DNA of 64,000 bases, taken from contig NMRA01000205.1 in the NCBI GenBank assembly GCA_002633005.1, forward strand, positions 607,273 through 671,272, written 5' to 3'. Positions 40,949 to 53,344 of this stretch are shown piece after piece. This DNA is from Phoronis australis (lineage: Eukaryota > Animalia > Phoronida). The translations under genes and the position numbers were made by a program. The notes below the pieces were generated by a model, which was given only the letters and a program-made list of their open reading frames with translations, searched no databases and was not told the DNA's origin. Within the stretch, counting starts at the first letter, position 1. Each line of letters starts with the position of its first letter.

Positions 40949-43900
40949 CTAGCTATCGCAACGATCATGATCCTGCAGTGCGTTCACACTCAAGATCTGT
41001 GGCTGACTCGTTAATTTCGTCGGTCTCACCAACTGTGCCCCACCTGGGTGACTTAATCGAGGCTTCTCATTTGGGAAAGGCTTTGACTGAGATGCCTCAG
41101 CAATCCTTGCGTCATTGACGGCAGAGAATGATGGCCCAGGACGCACGGTCGCTGGCTCCTGAGTAGAAGTCTCTATGATTGGCTTAACAGGGTTCTCTGA
41201 TGTAGGAGTACCGCCATCTTTTAATATAATACTCGCTGGAGTTGAAGTCTGAGTTATGATCGTCTCATCACTGGCGCTGTTGTTTGACGCTTGAGATGGA
41301 ATGTCAGTGACAGTTCCACTGTCAGGTATTTGAGCTGCTTTTTCTGGTTCACTGGGCTGGGCTATTTGGCCATCACTGAAGAAGAACAAGGTGATCGTCG
41401 TTAAGGAGACGGAATAACTGTTCATTTACAGGTCTCACAGGACTTACATACATCACAGGTTTTGTGGTCCGTGGTTTTCATTTTGTTCATAAAAATTTTA
41501 AACTACTAGGTATAATGAAAGGTACTTGATTCAAAAATGAAAGAAAACAAGAAAGAGACCTAACTATTGCATCGTGAAGTGTTAGTCTAAGAGTATCTGT
41601 TATTTTAATACAACATTCCTTTATTGACTTCATGATTAATATTGGAAACAAAACAGCATCAAATAAGAAGCTTGCCTAATGAAATGAAAACATCTATGGT
41701 GCAGGTATTCTGGTTTGATAATGAAGAACATTTTGTCCTGGAACAGCTTAATTCAACTATTAAATGCCTATGAATTTCTAAATTTGAGAGCAACATAGCA
41801 TCGCATGCATACTATCCCAAAATTGGATGCAAATAATTTCAACGAATGTTTGGCCACAAGAGAAATATATATAGCATATCACCGACAAAGCTGAAGCAGA
41901 AACAGAGTAATAGTCACCAACAGGGGCCCTGCATTTTGAGAACTAGTTTTCTCCACTGAAAAATGAGCATCAAACTGGTTCTCAAAATCTGGAACTCCTG
42001 TATGGAACTATTGTCCAAACAATTTAGTTTCATCCCCGAAAACCACAGAACCCTTTGTCCATGACGACACAAATAGGACCCCACACCTCACCACACACCT
42101 CGTAAAAGACAGAGCCCTAACTCCGGAGACAGAGGAGTGTCGGTGTAAGCAGAGAAGTCACTTGCATCATTCAGATTGGCTTAAGTACCTAGCGGACACC
42201 AAAAGTATCGCACTTGATTTGTGGTTCATCGAAGCTATAGTAAGACTGTGCTCCGAAAACGTTATGCAGGTTAAAATTTTGTAACTTTAAAGTATCATGT
42301 ATACAGTCGGAAAATGTATGAAATGATGCACTTATAGTGATAGTATGGCGAATACAAAAACATGTACTGTTACTGACATTAGCACCTGCCTGTAGCTCTG
42401 ATGATGCCACAGTCAATCGTTCATAGTGTATAAACGTGTAGACGCTCCACTGTTAAATCCACCCGTTTACTGCAAAGTAAACTTGTCCCGTGAAACTTGA
42501 TCCAGGACCGGAATCAACCGTTCCCACCGACCGACACTCCTTAAAACACTGATGCATCCATTTTGGTATGAAAGACCCTATAGATTGTAGTTCTAGCAAT
42601 TACTTATTTAAAGCCCAGCAACCACGAAAGATAACTACAAGCTCATGCAATGGGATGAAATTGAATTTTGTGAAAAATTGCTGCTATGTGTACCTGACTG
42701 TTAGAGATCCTATTTCAAAGCATAGCTTATAAAAAAGGAAACACATAAATGACTTATCATACCAAATAAAAGTAGCTATGTACTTAGTTTGTCAACCCAA
42801 TTTCATATTCTGGTGTATAACATGGGCAGAAATGTCCAGAACAAAAGTGAATTTTCTTTCATTTGCAGACATTTAGAGACATTGGGACATTGTGTGAAAC
42901 TTCATGGATGAGAGCAACTGGAAACCACAATAAGAGTAACTAGAACCACCCCCCCCCCCATAATGACAGTGCCCAGGATTTCCTTTAACCACTTTTGACA
43001 TGTACTGTACCTGGAACCACTGGATACGGACTGATGAGAGGGGCTGGGTTGATGAGCTTCGTCATTCTGTGAAGTGTTTTGTTTGTTGGCCTCCCGGCTA
43101 CTTCCACTGTTGTCACTGGCAATGTCGTCGTCATACATTCTATACCTGTCGTTACAGACAGTCAGGAACACAGTTCTAAAGAATTACGTTCATCACAGGT
43201 AATAAATGAACTGCCAACTCCAGTTTGTCCCAACACTGTTGATTTTGTATTTTCAACATCGGTATGGATGTGCTTGAGGATAGCATCACAGTTGCGGAAT
43301 TATTCTATTTAATTTTGTTTTATATAACTTGGCTAAAAACTTGGCTAAACAGACTCAACATGCCTTTCATAGTAAATGCCAAGTTGATCAAAACACCTTC
43401 AAAAATGACATTTCCTTTAAACAGTTAAACATTTAGAGAGATTTCAAATATGAATTAAAACCCCCTTTAATCACAAAACATTTAAACAGATTTTCACATA
43501 CCAATTAAAAGGCTTAAGCCTACATCAACATGCATCAAGTGGAAAAGACCCTCAAGTTAAATTCCGCCAGCTAATAATTATCACTCTATAACATGTTCGG
43601 CTACAATAGCAATAGAATCATAGACACCCCAGACTCCTTTACGATAAGACGACAATAATAATCCTTTTATCATTCACGCAATGAGAGCATCTGATTAAAA
43701 TACCTGAATCCAGTTTCATCTTGGTACTCCAAATTTTCATCATCACTGTCCAAGTCAGGGGAGACAAATACAACCTCCAGCTCAATTTCACCTTGCTTTA
43801 AGAAAAACACAAATGGGAAATGTACACGTTGTTGCATCAGCATATAGACGTCCTTAACAACGTTGGTACATTAAAGGTGAAAAAGGACTTAGATTCAGAG

Positions 43901-46900
43901 GAAGAACAACCTGTGTCAATTGAGGTAAACGCTGATTTTCAATTATCATCATCCGGCCGATGAATAGTGTATATTTTCTTTATTTTCAAAGGATTGAAAA
44001 AATATGAATACATGTCTTAGAATGTTTTGCAATTGTTTGCAATCATGCGACCACCATTTTTCAAAGACGAAGCAATTTCTGCTCTGAACATGAATTTTTG
44101 CTCACTAAAACTGTAAGTGACCTATATACTCTGACAAACTCTACTGAAGCAAGCAAGAATGTATCCGATTTTTTATTTAAAAAGTAGAGATAAGAACAAT
44201 GTCTTCAGTTTTGACAGACAATATCCCTATTACATAAATCGAGATAAAAAATGAGAAACTATTGCCTCAGCCTTAGACCTGAAAGAAATTGTGTAAAATT
44301 TCATTCAAATCATCCCGCATACTCAAGAATAATAAAATAATGTCCAAAACTGCCAAATGCATTGAAAATCAAAAGCCTAATAAGATGAGTGATAAAGAAT
44401 TGCAACGAAGCCATGAATAATGGCCAAGAAATATTAATGTGCTTAAACAAACGAATTATTTAGTACACGAATGGTACACTTTTTAAGAAATCCACGAAGA
44501 TTGACAATTAGGAATCCTGTTCTAAAACAGCCATCAATTCTACGTCCAAGTGTGTATTTTGTTCTCCATGTAACATACATCATACACATGACACGTTGTT
44601 GGTAGGCTTTGTCAACGTTAAATGTAATCATGAGAACATTATAATCAACATCGTCGTCTTCGTCATTACAAAAATAAAAGTGGCACCATCAATGGCCAAA
44701 AAATATCCAGTCTGTTTTTTCATGTAAAAGCAGTGCTGGTTGTTTTTCGTGGTCAGCCACGTCAACAGACACCAGTGTCACGTGACCAATACCAACACAG
44801 AGACATGGTTCGTTACCTGGCGTGACAATATGTCCACGGCTTCCGCGTGTTTGGCGTCTCTCAAATCGATGCCATTCGCGAACAAGATGGCGTCACCAAC
44901 GTACAGATTACTACACTTGGCTGCTGGTGTGTCAGCGTGAACCTCAGAGACAAGAATGGGAACTCCGTGTTCCTTTCCACCCTGTATAGAAAATAACCCG
45001 GTGCATTCACTGAGAAGAGGGTGAGACAAATGCCATTGTGACAAAAGTTCTTAGATGAGAGCAGAACATGGTGAGGAAACTGGCACTTTGAGAAATTTTT
45101 CGATACTTCACAGAATCTCTACTTTTGGGATTGGGTGTTGTGAGCTGGGAATTGGCTAGTAGTGAACCTGGTTCATGCTATCCACAGTCACTCTTTTGTT
45201 ACACCTGGCTGTGTCAACTGTGCCCACTGCACTCTGGCTGTGTCCACAGGACTGATGCGTTCTGGCCATTGCAGTGCATCAATTGATGTTATCAGACCTG
45301 GCTTGAGCCTATTTATTCAGTTACATAAACCATGGACCAATGCACTCAAAGACAGGATAGACAAGGTTGTGCAAATAAATAATTCTAAGTACATTTTAGT
45401 CTCTCACTAACATGGGCTGCATGGTTCATCTGTCACCCGACCAGCATATTTTAAGCATTAGATTACCTGTAAGCAATGTAATAAGAACATGAAAAAACGG
45501 AATTCGTTATTTTTAACTCAAACTGAAGAATTTTCATCGTAATTATGCATTTCATTGAATCTATTCATGAAGCTTGTAAGTACAAATTTAACTTTGTAAC
45601 ATTGAGAGTCCATTAGCCGGATAATAGTATTGATTTCCATGCTATTTGTCCAAACACACTCCATTATAACTCAATTAATAGTGCCTAGTGACATTTCAAT
45701 TTCACAGCATTTGTTCCTTCCGCCGTGTTGAAAAACCATAAAATCGTAGAATGGATCTTTTCATACAATATAAATATTCCACAGTATTGAAACAACAGAA
45801 ATAACCATCACCAATGAATCCCTCTATTGTAACAATCATAAAACCACCAAGGAGCATCTTCTAGATAAACTCACTGTGATTGACATTCCTAGGCCCTCTT
45901 CAGCACTTTTGACGATAACAATTTTGCGCACGTCCCCCATACCATGCTTTCTCCTGAGCGTCGCCCAATCCTACAAAAATCACAGTAATGCCAATTAATT
46001 TATGCCACAGTGAACAACATCTGCAAAGATGCACAGAATAAGTTCGTCTTCCCAATTACATTGATTCACTAATTGGAACACCATACTAGACCATGAGTCA
46101 TCTTCATATCACGTGACCTCCCAAAGACATAATCACAACTAAGTAGGCCCACGGTGAATTTAAGGGTCCTGCTGATCAACAGATATAAACTATACCAGAT
46201 TAAGCAAGAATGTGGAAACCAAAAGACACTTTGTAGACCATCTCATTTCATTTTCTTTATTTCTTGCACGGCAGAAGGATTCTCGTTTGTTTACCTCCAC
46301 TTATGATATAATGTATTTTAATAAGTTAAGCACAGCACGATGATTACATAATGGGGTCAAGACAGCACTTTAATGTAGAAGCACAGAACGCATCTTCAGA
46401 AAATTATGTATTCAAAATGATTCACAGATCTGTTTGTGCAGTCTTTCTTTCTCAAATCCCCACTGAGCACAAAACAATGGCCGTCCTCACAGAGGCAAAG
46501 CGTTCATTATTCAGGGTCCTAGTTCTTCAAACATACTGTGGTTCATCCTATCTTGGAAGTTATACTGAGAAGCAGTTTATAAAAATGTCTTGAGGAGCCT
46601 CGACACTAATAACGGCAAGTAATCTTAGTTGCTGTTTTATTTTTAAAATAGTTTTAATGTCATGCTCCAAATCAATCACAATGACATTCCTACAGCCCTA
46701 TTACATACAACCTCGTGCAGGATTTTTGATAAAAATGATCCCGATCACCATCTCAACCTGAACATGAATATCTTTTTTACCAAACTGAGTGGCGTGTGGC
46801 TGACTAATGAGAACTTAACCCTAGAACACGTATGTCAATAAAAGGCCACATCGATGCTCACAGACTTTTTAACTGACTTCTCAACTCGCAAACTTGGATC

Positions 46901-49900
46901 TGCACTGACACAAGACAGCTTACGTATCCACAAATCACCGCTCACAGACTGACATACAGTAAACAAACACGTGGATGAGAAGCGAAGTGTCTGTGCTCCA
47001 TGCCTACAAGAGCTAGTGCAGTGGGAGGCCTGTTTGTTTGTGGATGTCTGTCCATGAGCAATGCGCAATGAGTAAGGCATGTTTAGTGAGTGCCGGCTCA
47101 AGTTTGTGAGTCAATGGACCGAGTTTATAGGTCCATTGAGAAGTGATGAGCTATGTTCACATGCGTGGGAGTCTGTAGCTAGAACAACAAGTGCTCCAGC
47201 ACCACACCAACATATTATCTCCACTTCAATTGTGCACGTACGTGTCCTGGGGGAATGGGCACTCTGTGAAGACTGTTGCGCCCCCTGCAGGCCCTTATGA
47301 CAGTCTTGTGACGATGAAGGTGAATCTCTGCCTCCAGCTGATTCCACAGCTTGTCATGCTCACTTCCTCTCATATCGCGGCCAAGTAGTTGTATNAAATC
47401 ATCACTCACAGACTGACATACAGTAAACAAACACGTGGAAGCGAAGTGTGTGTGCTCCATGCCTACAAGAGCTAGTGCAGTGTGAGGCCTGTTTGTTTGT
47501 GTTTGTCTGTCCATGAGCAATACTCAATGAGTAAGGCATGTTTAGTGAGTGCCGGCTCAAGTTTGTGAGTCAATGGACCGAGTTTATAGGTCCATTGAGA
47601 AGTGATGAGCTATGTTCACATGCGTGGGAGTCTGTAGCTAGAACAACAAGTGCTCCAGCACCACACCAACATATTATCTCCACTTCAATTGTGCACGTAC
47701 GTGTCCTGGGGGAATGGGCACTCTGTGAAGACTGTTGCGCCCTCTGCAGGCCCTTATGACAGTCTTGTGACGATGAAGGTGAATCTCTGCCTCCAGCTGA
47801 TTCCACAGCTTGTCATGCTCACTTCCTCTCATATCGCGGCCAAGTAGTTGTATCTGCTGAATTCTACTCAGACAAAGAAAATGGTCACAGTCCACATTTT
47901 TTTCACAAATGACACATCAACCAAATGAATGCAAACATTTTATGAACAGAAACATTAGAAGAGGCCTGGTCTGTGCTGCCCGCCCGTCCACCACCAACAT
48001 TGTAACACATGGCACAGCTGTTTGTATACACCAACTGAACATAAGCGGGTTGACTCCAAACAAATTTCAAGTCAAAGCGGTTCATTGTTTACATGAATAC
48101 CAAAACGGATTGTAAGTTGGGTTAGAGATGACACACTTGGAGTGTTTGACATGAGAATTTTAATACAGCGACACTCTCAAAAAATAATTCTACAGGATAT
48201 GCATTTTTCAAAAGCTGCAATAACCTCAAGCCTTCTGTTCAGTTACCATTATAAAACTTTATCATCTTGTTCAGTCAATACTAGGATTCAAAATGATTTC
48301 TAAGCTTCCAAAAGACTGTTTCAAACTAGACTCATTAACTAGCTAGTCACGGTCGGCTAGTTTCAGCTACCAAATCAGTATCACTGTCAAGGTGATTTAT
48401 AAGCTGTTTCATTTGAAAAATGTTCTTCCTGGAGTTGAAATTAAACCAGAAATGTTAGTACTGTCTTTGTGCCTACCTGCCAGCCAACTCCTTGTCCAGG
48501 TACTTAGCCGCCAGCCGCGCCCCATACACTTCACCTTGAAGGGCCAAAACATAGTGCTTCAATTCATCACTATCACGTCGCAGATGAGAGATCTCCGATT
48601 CTAGCTTGGCTATTTCCATGGCACTCTGTTGTCTCTGCTCAAGCTCTTCTTGCTTCAAAAAACAGTCACATAGAATTTTAAATCTAAAACATCAAGAACA
48701 ACCCGTAAACAACGGGTGCGCACTGTAAATGCCTGTGTGATAACGTGTGCGTACAGAAAGTATTTTGTTCCAATGTGCAGATAGGAAATGCATCCTTGTA
48801 AACAAGCCATCATAAAATTGTTTAGTTCTACAATGTCAGTTTTAACATACTTCTTTGTGATATCTATGAGCTTTAACATTGTAGGACACTCCGTGTTTGT
48901 ATGTAAAGGGCTTAGTGTTAAGATCAGTCATCCTTACAATAGACAAGCTGTTTACAGTAACAGGTTATAGGTTAAAAACAACATTTTCTCCTTTGCAAAA
49001 CACTTAAAGTAACACAAGTTAAGAGGCCTTTCGTAATTTCCTTTTTTTAATTCATGACCTGAGAATTAGATCTGTGCTTCAACGTGTAACTCACTGACCA
49101 ACGTTTTCATGATGCCATCTGAGTCAACATGTTGTTCTGTGTGCAGTTGGCACTGCAGCGCATGAACTTGTAACAGCATGGTATGAAGTTCCTTTTCTAG
49201 CACAGCTTTATTTGCCCTTTGTTCTATGACCTCTGACCTGAGGTCAACAAGTTGAGCCTGCAAATAACAGAAAAATGCGAAATGATACACTCAACACATA
49301 AAACATGTATGTAATTATTTTTCTGTTTAATCAAAACAATGAAAGCAATTATAGTAATATATGACAAATATGCATAATTAAACTTTCAACAAGATGCTAA
49401 AGAGATATTATTTTCAAGGAAAGCAATATAATCAACGATCTTAATGGAGGACAAACCCTAACTTAACTTCGGCTCTCAAAACAATATGAGAAAGAAGAAA
49501 AGAATGAAATTGTGGTGATGTCAGAATTATTCAACACGGGGACTAAATATGAAATTGTCGGTGACCAGGGAAGGAAGCCCGAGTGGCACCCTAGAAATCA
49601 AGATACTCCAATGATATGACCACTCAAAAACTATTGATTATGGGAACATTTGCTCAAGATGGGAAAAGTTTGACATCAATGGCCTCCTTAGGTGTCCCTC
49701 TATGCTCGAAATGTATCCATGGCAACATGGCTTTGATGGTGTAGTCACTGTGAATCATAATATGCCAAAAAGATTCTGGCACATGGCAGCCCTCTGAGAT
49801 GACTACTGTCTGTGCCAGTGCGATGCTTTCTCAATGGAAGCGGTAATACTACAATGCCAATGATGTCATTGCCATTCTCTATCAACATCACTGTGTTGTA

Positions 49901-51017
49901 ATCGTCAACATCATTCGTCCTCGACATTCATGCGGCGTCTTGTAATTTGCCAGTTTAATGATTCCCTAGATGTTTGTTTTATTTATCCTGCCCGTGGGAG
50001 GCTGCAGGCAGTCTTTCAGCTTGCAATATGACCATCAGGGATACTCACATAGAATGTGTTTTATTGAAGCTCGTGCAGTTGTGTTTGAACTGCATGGTGA
50101 GTAGTTCAAAAGCCTAGCTAGTGAACCTGTAGGAATGCAACAACTGTATGCCCAAGTAGTCTCCAATACATTACCAAAGGTAAGAAAATATGTGATGGAC
50201 AGTCAGGCCAATAAATTGTTAGACAATGTCCATCACGCTGCACCCGTCAAGTGGCATGACATGTATCCCCTAGCGTGTGCAGTGTGAAAATGGTGAGTTA
50301 CCGATTTTGGGAACTGAACGAGGGACTGCTCGAAGAAAACGTTTGATAACAGGAGTATTTGTTTGAGTTGGAAGGAATTAAAAACATCAACGACCTCCTA
50401 AGGTGTCCTTCTATGCGCGAAAGGTATTTATAATAACATGACCTTGATGTTTTAGTCAGTGCGAGGCATAATTAACTGAAATGCTTCTGGCGTATGAAAC
50501 ACCTATAGGAGCTCCATCGCCTCTGCTGGCTGCATCATCAGAGACGAATGTCATTGTCTAATAAATTGTACGATTAGCAGGCCGTCAAGCGTCAGCCAAC
50601 TGAAGTTGATAATTATACAATGGTCAATGCTATCAGAATAGTGAGATACAAACATGGCCATGGGTCCCTGATTTAAGAATCAGTTCCTTAACAAAAGGCG
50701 TTATTTAGTGGTAGTAACTGGTTTCCAAATCAATTTCAAACCAGGAATCCACATATCGACTATTACCATGATGGTTTGAAACCTAACAAACGGTAACAAA
50801 CCTCTAACTTTGCATTCGATTGAAAAATCGTCTGTGATTTATGACACAGTTGTGCAAAAGCAGCACTTAACGCTGTCATCTTCTGACGTCCTTCGAACGT
50901 AAGCTCAGACTGCTCAACATCTATTTCTCCTAAAAGTAGATCCAAATCTACAAAGGCTTTGTCGAATTCTTTTTCCAGAATTTCTAACCAACGAAATGAC
51001 AGAGTGGCCGCTGCCAT
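40949..51017 (-). CDS. GOPC: Golgi-associated PDZ and coiled-coil motif protein (PIST/CAL), ~542 aa; exons 51017-50802, 49257-49099, 48652-48477, 47863-47701, 45970-45875, 44981-44817, 43795-43704, 43145-43011, 41375-40949
   Basis: [26 protein letters not shown]; [35 protein letters not shown]; [26 protein letters not shown]...[10 protein letters not shown]; every junction GT-AG and phase-compatible; the last exon is less certain (low complexity). Confidence 0.95.
46933..47853. repeat. 459-bp tandem copies joined by N at 47395, duplicating most of GOPC exon 4 (probable assembly artefact)
   Basis: 46933-47394 vs 47396-47853; the extra exon copy 47394-47242 lacks its acceptor exactly at the N. 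Confidence 0.9.
50296..50560. mobile_element. degenerate right TIR of the foldback family in GOPC intron 1 (another fragment at ~49680-49770)
   Basis: gattttgggaactgaacgagggactgctcgaagaaaacgtttgataac...gtcattgtcta matches 29029-29200/31394-31481. Confidence 0.75.
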
Positions 51018-51025
51018 TTTACAAA

Positions 51026-53047
51026 GTCCACTAGATGTCTCTTTCAACACTCAACCACACGCCACCTAACGACAGGATTGTCTACTCAGTGCCCGCGCAT
51101 TGCCTAGGTTTTTCCCATTTTATTTTTACATGAATTACGAGGACCGGCAGGTTCAAACTGGATGTAACAAGTTTTTTTCTCCACAAAACCACTGGGTTTC
51201 CTGAAAAGTGCGTGTCTTGAATTTCTCTGCATTACTGTGGTTGTAGTTTGTTGTCTGTAAGTTTTTAGCACCTGTAACTCACTATCTCAGTGAATCGCTT
51301 GGCCTGCCGTCCTGCTGACTTGTCCAGACTAGTTTCATTGTGGGCGTGTCGCTGTAAGGCATATATTCATGTTTGCATACTGTTCAGTTACGTGCTTTTC
51401 TGCCTCCTTGCAAATTCATTTTCCTTACAGTTAATCTTGGGTTGTGTTCAGTGGGCACTATAATTTAACAAGTGAAAGCTATTAGACTGAGGGTCAGTGT
51501 CAAGTGCCGTGTATAGTTATTTGCTATGCAGATGTACGTGGTACTGCTTAGTGTGTAGTGCAGGGATTGCATGTACTTGAACTGTGGGCTCTTGCATTTG
51601 CACAAGATTCTTGAGTCTACAAAACACAGGCCTGTATTTTTGCTATACTTAATTGTCCAGAAATGGCGAGAACCAATTGAAGGTACCATAGCCCTACTCG
51701 TCTGCTCGCCTGCTTGTGGCAGATCATCCCGTTTTTTTTAAGCTTTGTCCTTCTGCGATATGTCTTGCTTTTTGAAACACATGATACAATTGACATATTA
51801 ATGTGTGCTTTTCCTCATGATTTAACTTTATTTGCAGCTTTGTTATGTTCCCTTCAGAGGGCATGACGGACAAAAATGACACTTTTGCATGTTCTTGTGC
51901 GATCTTGCTTCTCTCACAAGAAATTTTCTTTCTGGAACACTCCTCATTTGCCACTGTCTTGTAATAATGGCTTTATCCAGCAAGTGCATGTCATCAGAAA
52001 TGTTCTAGCTAGTCCACTAGATGTCTCTTTCAACACTAAGTAGTTTGGGCCGTGAGCCGAACCTATAGGATTTTCCCACTCTATTTTTAGTCGTTGAACA
52101 ATGACTTCGGAAGACTGGCGGGTTTAAACTGGATGCAACAAGCTTGTTCTCAACAAAACGGTTGGCCTCTTTGAAAAGCGCGTTGTCTTGAATTTGGCTG
52201 CATTACTGTTGTACTTAAGTTGTCTGTAAGTTTTAGCATACCAGAAACTCGCTATCTCGCTGATCACTCCGCCAACCTGCTGACACTGACAGGTCAGACT
52301 GTAGGTTTCATTGTGGGCATGTCTCTATGCGGCATACCACCAAGGTTGTCAGTGTCATGTTTGTATAGTTGTTCAATTACAGGCATTTTGTCTCTGTAGA
52401 AGTTGATTTTTTTCCTTTCAGTTAATCCTGGGTTGTAGACACAAGAATTTGGCTAGTGAAAGGTATTAGCTATTAGAGGGTACTATAGAGTGTGCAGTTA
52501 TTTGCCACTCAGACATACATAATTCTAATGTGTAGGGCAGTGATCGCATGTACTTGGCCCATGAGTTGCTTGTCTCTGTGATCGCATGTACTTGGCCCAT
52601 GAGATGCTTGTCTCTGTGATTGCATGTACTTGGCCCATGAGATGCTTGTCTCTGCGAAACACAGGCCTATATTTTGCCAAGTTAAATGACAAGAACCAGG
52701 GTACCATACTTGTCAACTGTCCCACTAATGGCGATCCATCTCACGTTTTGAATCTTTGTCCTGCCACAATGTGTCTTGCTTTTTGAAGCATGTGGTGTTA
52801 CTGACGTATTTGTATGTTTTAATTTTCTTGTGCCTTTCCTCACGATTTACTTTTAGTTGCAACCCTGTTTGACACAGTTTTTATGTCCCCTTCAGAGGTC
52901 GTATAACCAAAATGTCACCTTTGCGTGGTCTTGTGTGATCTTGCTTGCCTCACAAGAAACTTTCTTTCTGGAACACTCCTCGTTTGCCAGTGTCGTGTAA
53001 TAATGGCTTTATCCAGCGAGTACTTGTCATCAGAAACGTTCTAGCTG
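51026..53047. promoter_or_regulatory. diverged ~1-kb tandem duplication in the GOPC / DUF4139 head-to-head intergenic region
   Basis: agtccactagatgtctctttcaacact at 51026 and 52011; units end catcagaaa(t/c)gttctagct at 52010 and 53047; no N at the junction. Confidence 0.8.
52540..52655. repeat. ~38-bp tandem repeat, 3 copies
   Basis: gtgatcgcatgtacttggcccatgagatgcttgtctct. Confidence 0.85.
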
Positions 53048-53344
53048 CTTTTTTCGTTTTGTGTTGTTAAACTGCAAGTTGTGATCACCACACTAGCTAA
53101 GATATTTGAAGTCCAGTGGCTATAGCTTAATTAGGTCGTCCTAGGCTAGGAGACCTCATCCATCTCATGCAGTGGATAGTTGGATCAGAAGAGGACAATT
53201 ATCCTGGAATATCTGGTCTTTGCTGCACAACAGATTTTTACTTTGAGCATACGGGTTATTCTTGTTTAATCTCTCTTGCTGGCATAGATCTCTGCATGCA
53301 TTTCTTGACTATTTGACCTATTTTGTGTTTCTTTGCAGGTAAAT

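Noticed and set aside
42100-42545. Additional GOPC exons in intron 8
   Set aside because: Candidate acceptors give in-frame stops or incompatible phases; exon 8 already joins the last exon in phase.
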